64,000 nucleotides of DNA. Source: a virus. Location: IMG/VR virus record IMGVR_UViG_3300010399_000001, positions 51,047 through 115,046 of that record, one strand, 5' to 3'. Under the pieces are notes generated by a model. That model had not been told where the DNA came from, did no database searches, and saw nothing but the letters and a program-made list of their open reading frames with translations. The position numbers and the translations under genes were made by a program. The first letter of the stretch is position 1, and each line of letters opens with the position of its first letter. Of the stretch, positions 1 through 6,889 are shown one piece after another.

Positions 1-496
1 CGGCCTCTCGCGCCAGGCCGCGCTCATTCCGGCCATAGACGCGCTGAGACTTCTTCTTGGCTAATGCCCTTAGCCCATTGGCTAGGACCTCTAGCGCTTC
101 GGACTTGCGGCTTGCGGGGCGGCAGCAGCCGTCGCAGCCGTGGACCTGCCAGACATCGCGCCTGTCGTACCGCGCGAGCCAGTCCAGAGAGTCCGGGTCG
201 GGATGACCCACCCCGTGCGGGCAGATGCGCTCGCTCAGGGTCAGCTTCATCCCGTTGCGTACCACCTGGCGATCCATGCGGTGAACCAGCGGCCAGTGGT
301 TCATGTGGTGATTGGAGGGATTGTGGATGCAGCATCGCTGCCCCGCGCAGACCGAGGGGCTGTGGGTGTGCAGGACCGGACGACTATGGATCTCCTGATC
401 CGGACCATCCTTGCCGAGGATGGCGCTGATTTGATAGTCGTCGAAGATCATTGCATTGGCGATCCTGATGCCATCCCATGAACCGGACATGCTCAC
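1..496 (-). CDS. Cys/His-rich hypothetical phage protein, runs off the window start (not in the ORF track)
   Basis: Open frame from GTG 496 / ATG 490 to base 1: ...CAGQRCCIHNPSNHHMNHWP...ERICPHGVGHPDPD...HGCDGCC; GTGA overlap with the upstream stop. Confidence 0.7.
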   Translation of the reverse strand, partial: MSMSGSWDGIRIANAMIFDDYQISAILGKDGPDQEIHSRPVLHTHSPSVCAGQRCCIHNPSNHHMNHWPLVHRMDRQVVRNGMKLTLSERICPHGVGHPDPDSLDWLARYDRRDVWQVHGCDGCCRPASRKSEALEVLANGLRALAKKKSQRVYGRNERGLAREA

Positions 497-1029
497 TGCC
501 TGCTCCCCTCCGCCCATCGGCGGACGTTGCCGAGGTGCTTATCGGTGATACCGGTGCGAGGACTGACCGGCTCGTAGAGGGTCGGCGCGATCATACGGTC
601 CCGCATTCCGGCCTCGGTCAGATCCATCGGGGTGAACTCGTCATCCAGCCATGCGTACGGGCGATGGCGGACATACTCCTCCACGCTCGGCCGCTTCCAG
701 ATCCGCAGGGGATCGCCCCGCTGCCACACGCACTCGATGGTCGGTAACTGCGGCAGACCCAGGATGGGGGCGATCAGCTTGTTTGCCAGATCGTTCCACG
801 CGGTAGCCCAGACTAGATCCACAACGTCGGTCAGCTCAAGAAGCTGCCTGCCGTGATCGGGATTGAGCCACACCCGGATGCCACCCTTGACCCACGGGCG
901 GCCGAGTGGATCGGTGAATGCCCCGCTGAGCAGGCGGTGCGTCTGGAATCCCGGCGGCCTGCGGGTCGGCTTGGCCGCGTAGGGGTTGAGCGGACCGTCC
1001 ACATCGATCAGCAATAGCGGCTTGTTCAT
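493..1029 (-). CDS. HAD-superfamily protein, Swiss-Army-Knife RNA-repair-like HAD
   Basis: LLLIDVDGPLN (motif I), WATAW, WLDDE (motif IV); start reassigned to ATG 1029; directly downstream of Pnkp. Confidence 0.8.
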   Translation of the reverse strand: MNKPLLLIDVDGPLNPYAAKPTRRPPGFQTHRLLSGAFTDPLGRPWVKGGIRVWLNPDHGRQLLELTDVVDLVWATAWNDLANKLIAPILGLPQLPTIECVWQRGDPLRIWKRPSVEEYVRHRPYAWLDDEFTPMDLTEAGMRDRMIAPTLYEPVSPRTGITDKHLGNVRRWAEGSRQ

Positions 1030-1030
1030 C

Positions 1031-1993
1031 TCAGAAGTCTCCGTACTCGACCTGGTGGCAGGGCAGCTTGTAGACCAGCCGCCACAGATCGACCACCTGG
1101 TTGCGGTCGTCATAGACGGCCTCGACGTTGTAGCGGCCTCGGATGTTCTGCTCGAACAGCTGCGACTTGACCACGAAGTCCGGCCGCCTGTCCCCAGTGG
1201 GGCGCATGTGCAGGTCGCTGTACTTGATGTTGTGGGCTCGCAGCCACGCCTCGGTCTGCCTGCGGTACTCCTCCTGGCGGCCGGACAGAAGGATGATCTT
1301 GATCTCGCCGTCGACGTACGGGTAGATGTCGATCAGATTGGCAACTGCCTCGTTCAGGCTGTCGGTCTCCAGCTCCTCCAGGTCGTAGGGACCCCTATCC
1401 GCATGCTTCGCCAGGGTGCCGTCGATATCGAACAGCACGCACCAGGGCAGATCATCGTCGATAACGCAGGGCTGAACTGGGCGGATCAGGTCACGCCACT
1501 CGTTCATCCACTCATCGGTCAGCTTCCAGCCGTCCTTGCGGGTGGACTGATGGCGCTCCCACATACCCCGGATGACCGACTCGCCCACTCGCTCCCCATC
1601 GCGCCGCCCGGCGTCCACGGCGATGCACTCCTCGACCGTCATATCAGTCAGGTCGTGAACCCGGAAGATCACATTGCGGGTGGAGAGGGTCGTGCGGTAC
1701 CGATTGGGCAGCTTGTAGCCCATGTGGGTGTTGTCGATCACCACGTCGTATCCGGCGTCCACCGCGCTCATGACGCCGCGCAGCATGGCCTTCTGAACCA
1801 CCTTCTCGATGGCGTCATCCCATCTGGGGATGCTCATCATCCGGCGGTAGTCGTCCAGATTGAAGCGCATGGCCGAGATGCTGCGAGCGTACGTGCTCTT
1901 GCCAGAGCCGGGCAGGCCGTGCATCACATGGATCACCACCTCCTTACTGGATGGATCGTGACGCGGATCAGCCGCGAGATCGTAGACGCGCAT
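1031..1993 (-). CDS. pseT: Polynucleotide 5'-kinase/3'-phosphatase (T4 Pnkp-like)
   Basis: N-terminal P-loop GLPGSGKST plus IDNT; C-terminal HAD FDIDGTLA, SGR, RRPDFVVK, YDDRNQVV. Confidence 0.93.
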   Translation of the reverse strand: MRVYDLAADPRHDPSSKEVVIHVMHGLPGSGKSTYARSISAMRFNLDDYRRMMSIPRWDDAIEKVVQKAMLRGVMSAVDAGYDVVIDNTHMGYKLPNRYRTTLSTRNVIFRVHDLTDMTVEECIAVDAGRRDGERVGESVIRGMWERHQSTRKDGWKLTDEWMNEWRDLIRPVQPCVIDDDLPWCVLFDIDGTLAKHADRGPYDLEELETDSLNEAVANLIDIYPYVDGEIKIILLSGRQEEYRRQTEAWLRAHNIKYSDLHMRPTGDRRPDFVVKSQLFEQNIRGRYNVEAVYDDRNQVVDLWRLVYKLPCHQVEYGDF

Positions 1994-2042
1994 AGGTGTC
2001 TCCCGTCAGATGCAAGCGCTAGAGCGCTCCTAGCTTTATATA

Positions 2043-2056
2043 GAGTATTGTAGCAT
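2043..2056 (-). promoter_or_regulatory. Extended -10 promoter (TGCTACAAT) for pnkp; copy of a recurring phage motif
   Basis: Reverse complement ATGCTACAATACTC; identical copy at 59683-59696. Confidence 0.65.
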
Positions 2057-2081
2057 GTGCTTTAGATGAAGCTTGGATGTG

Positions 2082-2121
2082 CAGCTGCCCCGCTCTCAGG
2101 CCTGCGAGAGCGGGGCAGCTG
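2082..2121 (-). terminator. GC-rich hairpin after the Ro60 gene
   Basis: cagctgccccgctctc ... gagagcggggcagctg inverted repeat about 10 nt past the stop. Confidence 0.7.
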
Positions 2122-2132
2122 TATCAGCTCTG

Positions 2133-3797
2133 TTAGAAAGGCCAGCTACCATCACCGGCAGACAGCGAGGCCAGCATCGTGAACACCTTGTCGGAGAACC
2201 CGCCGATCTCGTACCGGTTCGGCTTGCTCGTGTCGATGCTGGATGCACCGTAACCCGAGGTGTTGATGCCGAACATCGGCACGCGGTCCGGAATGGCCTC
2301 CGACACGCTCATACCGCGCACCTTGCCGATCGCATCGTAGTAGCCGACCGAACCACCACCGGGGTAGTGGAACGCCTGCATGTCCGAGACGATGACCACC
2401 CGATCATGACCGGAGTAGCTGGCCTTGAGGGCGGCGACCGTCTCGGTACCGTGACCGACCGAGCCGACGCGCTTGCTGAATCCCTCGATGTCGCGCAGCA
2501 GGCTGCCGCCGTTCTTGAGCGGGTACTGGAAGACTCCGTTGGCGAAGCCGACCAGGTCCACATTCTTCGGACCGCACTTACGCGCGATCGCCACGCCGAT
2601 CAGAGCGCCGATATCGACATGACGGATGCTCGACTTGGCCGAGACGTTGCTGTGCATCGATCCGGAGGTGTCTACCAGGACCAGGGTGCGGCCCGGCAGG
2701 TTGGGGATGTTGGCGCATGCGTGACCCAGCGCCTCCTCCAGCGGCTGACCCCAGCGCAGCGAGTTGAGCGAGCGGTAAGCCGACAGGAACCGGTACGGGA
2801 ACTGGCGGGACTTGGCCACCTGAGCCGGGTCGCTGATGCGCGAGGCGACCTTCTCGTAGACCTCCTTGCCAAGCTTGGCCTCATCGAAGTTGCGCAGGTT
2901 GCGCAGCAGCGCCATGTAACCCATCGACGGGATGATCGCCTCCCAGGCGATGCGATCCATCGGGCCCTGGAGCCAGCCGGACAGCGCCTCCCAGGTGATG
3001 CCAGCCTCACGCAGCCGCTCCGCTGCACCGGAAGCCTTGACAAAGCTCCGGCGCTCAGCGAGGGGGAGGGACAGCAGCTCCTTGCGCTTGCGCAGCATCG
3101 TCAGCGACTCGGGGATCTCCTTGCCGCGCCCGTGCCTCTCGTCGATGATGTGCTCGAACAGGTCCCCCTGCTCGGGCGTGACGAATGCGGCGTTGAACCG
3201 GTCGACAGGGTGCACCATCTCGATCACGTCGGCGAAGCGCACACTCTTGTCCGGCGAGTCGTACTTGGAGTACGAGTACTCGCTGTAGAGGCGGCGCACC
3301 GCATCACCGGTACCGCGCTTGATCGAGATCGGGATGCGGTTGCGGCCATAGTTGGCGATCCAGTAGGCCAGCAGCTCCCCCGGCTCGTCGGCGCGAGAGC
3401 ACGCCAGGGAGATCAGGCGGCGGTTGATGCCGACCGGCACATCGTTGCGGATATCGGTCGGAGCCATGAGCGTGCGGGTACGCACCGCCTCGGCGGCGAT
3501 GACGATAGACGCGGTGCGCATGTTGGCCTCGTTGCGCAGCCACGGGATGAAGCCCAGCAGCCACTGCGGGTCCTCGCGCGCAACGGCGGCGGCCAGCTCC
3601 TTCAGGCGCTTGGCCTGGTCGCTCTTGGACTCGTAGAACTTGTCCTCGCCCATGTAGGTGACGGCCAGGATGAACAGGTCGCTCTTGGCGTCACGCTTGA
3701 ACGCCGCCCCACTCTCGAAGGTGGTGGTCTTCTCCCCCGTGGTGCGCACCGGCCCGAGGGTCGCAGTGCCACCCGAACGCTTGTTGAATCCAGACAT
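2133..3797 (-). CDS. rsr: Ro60/Rsr TROVE-domain RNA-binding protein with C-terminal vWA domain
   Basis: TROVE motifs (FYES, LRNEANMR, KYD, TWE, MGYMALLRNLRN, SRQFPYRFLSAY); vWA MIDAS DTSGSM, GT, VSDMQ. Confidence 0.95.
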   Translation of the reverse strand: MSGFNKRSGGTATLGPVRTTGEKTTTFESGAAFKRDAKSDLFILAVTYMGEDKFYESKSDQAKRLKELAAAVAREDPQWLLGFIPWLRNEANMRTASIVIAAEAVRTRTLMAPTDIRNDVPVGINRRLISLACSRADEPGELLAYWIANYGRNRIPISIKRGTGDAVRRLYSEYSYSKYDSPDKSVRFADVIEMVHPVDRFNAAFVTPEQGDLFEHIIDERHGRGKEIPESLTMLRKRKELLSLPLAERRSFVKASGAAERLREAGITWEALSGWLQGPMDRIAWEAIIPSMGYMALLRNLRNFDEAKLGKEVYEKVASRISDPAQVAKSRQFPYRFLSAYRSLNSLRWGQPLEEALGHACANIPNLPGRTLVLVDTSGSMHSNVSAKSSIRHVDIGALIGVAIARKCGPKNVDLVGFANGVFQYPLKNGGSLLRDIEGFSKRVGSVGHGTETVAALKASYSGHDRVVIVSDMQAFHYPGGGSVGYYDAIGKVRGMSVSEAIPDRVPMFGINTSGYGASSIDTSKPNRYEIGGFSDKVFTMLASLSAGDGSWPF

Positions 3798-3798
3798 G

Positions 3799-3827
3799 AA
3801 AAAACCCCTCTCGTCTTGACGGAGGGG
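3799..3827 (-). terminator. Intrinsic-terminator-like hairpin that sequesters the rsr Shine-Dalgarno
   Basis: Minus strand CCCCTC-CGTC-AA-GACG-A-GAGGGG-TTTTTT-C-ATG(rsr). Confidence 0.65.
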
Positions 3828-3834
3828 AAAGGCA

Positions 3835-3987
3835 TGGTAGCGCCCGAGATCAGAAGTCGGTGGCGGTGTTTTCAGTCTTATGCTCTACCTGACTGAGCTA
3901 CCCCACCCGAAGGCGGGGGCAGGATTCGAACCTGCGACCGTAAGATTAGCAATGAAGTATCCGTCACCTGCGCTTCGGGCGCTGCCA
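3835..3987 (-). ncRNA. yrlA: Y RNA unit 1, YrlA-type (circularly permuted tRNA-like domain)
   Basis: CCGAAGCGCAG...; T arm GCAGG-UUCGAAU-CCUGC, acceptor CCCCGCC-UUCG-GGUGGGG, D arm GCUC-AGUCAGGUA-GAGC; ...UGAUCUCGG; adjacent to rsr. Confidence 0.9.
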
Positions 3988-3994
3988 AAACCTT

Positions 3995-4081
3995 TCCCGA
4001 GATCAGTGTGAATGGCGGTATTATGCCTCGAACTACCATGTGAAGGTTATTGAGAAGTAACCGTCATTCTGCGCTTCGGGA
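3995..4081 (-). ncRNA. Y RNA unit 2 (short; hairpin with a tRNA-Val-like 7-nt loop)
   Basis: Same scaffold; insert ACC-UUCACAU-GGU in an imperfect hairpin. Confidence 0.8.
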
Positions 4082-4094
4082 TGAAGCCTTTGGT

Positions 4095-4204
4095 CCCTCC
4101 GAGATCAAGATGGCGATGGAGAGCGGGACTTGAACCCGCAGAATTCCGTTGCTTAGACAGAATCATTCAACCAATGAAGTAACCATCACCTGCGCTTCGG
4201 AGGG
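4095..4204 (-). ncRNA. Y RNA unit 3 (D-like arm, anticodon-like arm and T arm in normal tRNA order)
   Basis: CAUU-GGUUG-AAUG, AUUCUGU-CUAAGCA-ACGGAAU, GCGGG-UUCAAGU-CCCGC inside the scaffold. Confidence 0.82.
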
Positions 4205-4217
4205 TGAAGCAGTAGAT

Positions 4218-4370
4218 ATGGACATCCCCGAGATCGAGTCGACCAAGGTAACGTTAGGCGCTTTAGGCCACTAAGCTACCCCCGGATGAGCCCAGGGGGC
4301 AGGATTCGAACCTGCGATCTCCCGCTCCCAATGCGAAGTAACCCTATGTCTGCGCTTCGGGAATGTCCAT
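4218..4370 (-). ncRNA. yrlA: Y RNA unit 4, YrlA-type permuted tRNA-like domain
   Basis: T arm GCAGG-UUCGAAU-CCUGC, capped acceptor CCCCUGG/CCGGGGG, D arm GCUU-AGUGGCCUA-AAGC; terminal stem atggacat/atgtccat. Confidence 0.88.
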
Positions 4371-4382
4371 AACAAAGCAGGG

Positions 4383-4530
4383 GATGCGGTCCCGAGATCA
4401 ATTCGGCTGGGAGGTGTTTAACGTGCTGCCATTGCACCACCGGCCCAGGAGTGGACCGGACAGGATTCGAACCTGCATCTCTCCATTAGAAGTGAAGTAA
4501 CCCCTTATGCCTGCGCTTCGGGGCCGCATC
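4383..4530 (-). ncRNA. yrlA: Y RNA unit 5, YrlA-type permuted tRNA-like domain
   Basis: T arm GCAGG-UUCGAAU-CCUGU, acceptor CCGGUCC/GGGCCGG, D arm GUGC-AAUGGCA-GCAC; terminal stem gatgcgg/ccgcatc. Confidence 0.88.
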
Positions 4531-4559
4531 TTCTCATTCTCTATTCAGTTGTGAAAAGC

Positions 4560-4692
4560 ATCCCGAGATCAAGCCGGTGAACGAAAGCGCATTGGACCAC
4601 TCTGCCACGACCTGCCTGCACTAGTCAGACAGGCGCTGGGATTCGAACCCAGGTTCTCTGTGAGAAGTAACGCTCAACCTTCGCTTCGGGAT
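4560..4692 (-). ncRNA. yrlA: Y RNA unit 6, YrlA-type permuted tRNA-like domain with a long acceptor stem
   Basis: T arm CUGGG-UUCGAAU-CCCAG, extended stem CCUGUCUG/CAGGCAGG, Ser/Leu-like D arm GCAGAGUGGUCCAAUGC. Confidence 0.85.
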
Positions 4693-4703
4693 ATGAAGTT
4701 TGA

Positions 4704-4784
4704 CAGCTCCGAGATCAAGTCGATGCCAGGCGTTGGTGTCTAATTTACAGTTAGAAGTAACCCGGCTTCTTCGCTTCGGAACTG
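4704..4784 (-). ncRNA. Y RNA unit 7 (first transcribed; carries a tRNA-Tyr-like anticodon stem-loop)
   Basis: Scaffold plus UCUAA-CUGUAAA-UUAGA (5-bp stem, 7-nt loop CU-GUA-AA). Confidence 0.82.
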
Positions 4785-4789
4785 AGACT

Positions 4790-4818
4790 AAGCTACCGTG
4801 CTCATCGGCTAAGTGCAA
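4790..4818 (-). promoter_or_regulatory. Sigma70/HrdB-type promoter of the Y RNA-rsr operon
   Basis: TTGCAC-N17-TAGCTT on the minus strand; predicted start about 4784, the 5' end of unit 7. Confidence 0.75.
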
Positions 4819-4821
4819 GTC

Positions 4822-5601
4822 CTAACTGATGTGCCTGGCGAAGAACGCGGCGATCTCGTGGGTGTCCTCGTCCGGTACCGACGCCAGGAAGCATCCTGCC
4901 ACAGTGAGGGCTGAGTCCAGATCGTCATTAGCCAGAGCCGTGGCGATCTCGTACCCGGTAAACGAGACTCCGTCGATGCTCAGACCCCCATACGGAGCGG
5001 GCCCCGAGCTGGCGATCGCCGCCTTGGCCAGGCTGATCAGAACGCCGAGCTGGGTGTTCATCAGCCCGTCCGTACCAATCAGCGCCCTCCAGATCTTCTT
5101 GAAGGACTCCATGTCGTCCTTGGCCGACACAAGCTCCTGGTAGGCGATGTTGGAGGTCTCGGCGGAGTTGTGCGCGACCTCCTCCATGATCGGGCGCAAC
5201 ATGCTGATCAGCGCACCGAACAGCAACCGGGCGTTACCCTGCGGGTTGGCCTCGACATACCGCCAGATCATGTCGCCGAACACCTTGCTGTTCTCGGGCG
5301 AGGGCGTATTGCGCGCCATGTCTAGGAACGGCGGCACGTCCTTGGCGATCTGCGAGTAGTGCGCCTGATCCTGATTCAGGAACTCCACCGCCTTCTCGTT
5401 TGTATAGTCCTTGCCGACCCATACGCACAGCGCGCCGATAGAGCCCATGACCTTGAACTTCGCGGCCGGGTCCCCCTTCAGGGCGTTCGCCTCATTCAGG
5501 CCCCACCATGCAGAGCAGGCGAGCATCCCTTCGTCGCCGCTGTAGAAGCGGTACATGAGAGAACGTATCTCTTCGGCGAGATCTCCATGCGTCGTCCCCA
5601 T
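4822..5601 (-). CDS. Hypothetical alpha-helical protein
   Basis: Long ORF with coding-like codon usage; start reassigned to MGTTHG. Confidence 0.65.
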   Translation of the reverse strand: MGTTHGDLAEEIRSLMYRFYSGDEGMLACSAWWGLNEANALKGDPAAKFKVMGSIGALCVWVGKDYTNEKAVEFLNQDQAHYSQIAKDVPPFLDMARNTPSPENSKVFGDMIWRYVEANPQGNARLLFGALISMLRPIMEEVAHNSAETSNIAYQELVSAKDDMESFKKIWRALIGTDGLMNTQLGVLISLAKAAIASSGPAPYGGLSIDGVSFTGYEIATALANDDLDSALTVAGCFLASVPDEDTHEIAAFFARHIS

Positions 5602-5665
5602 GAGGACCCATCCTTTCGAAGCGCGGCGGACCGATGCGTACACCGGTCCGCCGCAAAGCCGGTGC

Positions 5666-6526
5666 CTACCTGCGAGGCTGGGGGAAGTTGTCGTTGGACA
5701 GTCCACCCTGCGGGAGCTGGAGCTTGTACCGCGACGCCTTAGAGCGGTACGCGTTCCATGCGTAGATGATGAATGCGATGTACACGTCGGACGGGATGCG
5801 CCGGTGCTCCTTCTGGCGACGGTCGTTCTCGCGCCGGATGCGGTCGCGCAGCACCAGGATCGGGTGATTGGCCTCCAGCCCCGCTCCGTCGCACAGGCGC
5901 TCCAGGAAGTACGTGCCTTCCACGGGATTGCTGTTCATCAGCAGCCAGTGCACGAAGGACAGGATGGAGGCGTGCACACCAACCTTGCGGTAGTTGGTGA
6001 TGCCGTAATCCACCGACACCCGCAGGTGCGGGTACCGGGCGAGCACGTCCTCCAGTTCAGAGTGGCTGGGGCGCAGGCCACTACCGCCCTGGACGTAGCA
6101 CCCAACCTCCCATAGGGCGATACGCCGCAGCGCCGCCGACAGGGTGGAGTAGTGCGACTCGCCAGCCAGGTTCAGCTGGTCACGGAACGCCCTCGGGCGG
6201 CCCGTATCGATCACCTTCTGGTCTTCGATCGAGGCTCCGTAGTGCACCAGAAGCTCTACGGTCGCACCAGACTGCGCGATAGCTGCCAGCCGGTGCTGAC
6301 CATCCACGATGACAAGGCCGCCATCCTGGGTCCTGGCGAACTCGACGGCCTTGGCGATGCGACGCCAGCGACCAGCGAGCATGTCGCGGGCGTACTGATC
6401 CACGACGGACTGGGAGATCGTGCGGTTGTGGCCGTTGCGCGTCTCCAGCCACAGCTTCGCCATGGCGGGAGTGACCTTCACCCACTGCGGGGCGGTCGGA
6501 GGTTCAGATTGAATGGCCTTGGGCAC
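5666..6526 (-). CDS. ParB/Srx-fold (DGQHR) DNA-associated protein
   Basis: VTPAMAKLWL..NR......V..YARDM..GRW...DGQHRLAAI; GTG start after the AGAAAGG RBS. Confidence 0.8.
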   Translation of the reverse strand: MPKAIQSEPPTAPQWVKVTPAMAKLWLETRNGHNRTISQSVVDQYARDMLAGRWRRIAKAVEFARTQDGGLVIVDGQHRLAAIAQSGATVELLVHYGASIEDQKVIDTGRPRAFRDQLNLAGESHYSTLSAALRRIALWEVGCYVQGGSGLRPSHSELEDVLARYPHLRVSVDYGITNYRKVGVHASILSFVHWLLMNSNPVEGTYFLERLCDGAGLEANHPILVLRDRIRRENDRRQKEHRRIPSDVYIAFIIYAWNAYRSKASRYKLQLPQGGLSNDNFPQPRR

Positions 6527-6716
6527 GTCATGCCTTTCTAGTGATGCTCTCGGCAAGCTCAGCATGTCAATCCCTGAGCATGTGAGCATCGTAGCATAAT
6601 GAATATCACCGGGCAAACATCTGAGCGCATCTTTATCTCTAGCTATTGATATCGCAAGGTGTGCGCTATGCGCGCAATGTGCTACGCTGCTCTCAGCGCT
6701 CCCGCTCATGCTTCCC

Positions 6717-6889
6717 CGCCCCCCAGCGGAGCGGGGGCGCGCTGCCTCCGCCCTCGCTCGTTGCCCCACGCTGCGAGCGAGGGCGGCTCCAGGGCACCCG
6801 GGTTCGAGACCTAATCGCCCGGGAGATCGGCCGTCGCTGGGGGCGGCCGATCTGCGACCCCGCCCTCACCGCACTGGGGGCGGGGTCGT
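6717..6889 (+). ncRNA. Putative structured RNA or DNA element of five consecutive hairpins
   Basis: Stems at 6717-6739, 6748-6786, 6797-6823, 6824-6853, 6854-6889; promoter-like motif at 6679-6692. Confidence 0.5.

Larger units (their letters stand above)
3835..4784 (-). repeat. Tandem array of 7 Y-RNA-like units (constant scaffold, variable insert)
   Basis: Each unit on + strand reads CCGAGATC ... GAAGTA(A/T)C ... CGCTTCGG and is closed by a unit-specific terminal inverted repeat. Confidence 0.92.

Noticed and set aside
986-3896. Long plus-strand ORFs (986-2053, 2073-3896; likewise 25450-26709, 30114-31484, 35890-37758)
   Set aside because: These are antisense shadows of well-supported minus-strand genes, as expected in high-GC DNA, and show no motifs.
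3835-4700. Ordinary tRNA gene cluster (several GGTTCGAATCC T-loops)
   Set aside because: In units 1, 4, 5 and 6 the T arm precedes the D arm and the acceptor end is closed by a loop, so they cannot be charged tRNAs.
3835-4784. CRISPR array interpretation of the repeat-variable-repeat pattern
   Set aside because: The conserved blocks are split into three short motifs that pair within each unit, unit lengths vary from about 80 to 150 nt, the inserts are structured tRNA parts, and no cas genes are present.
4621-4818. 65-aa ORF in the track
   Set aside because: It overlaps the promoter and Y RNA units 6-7, has no RBS and atypical codons; probably spurious.
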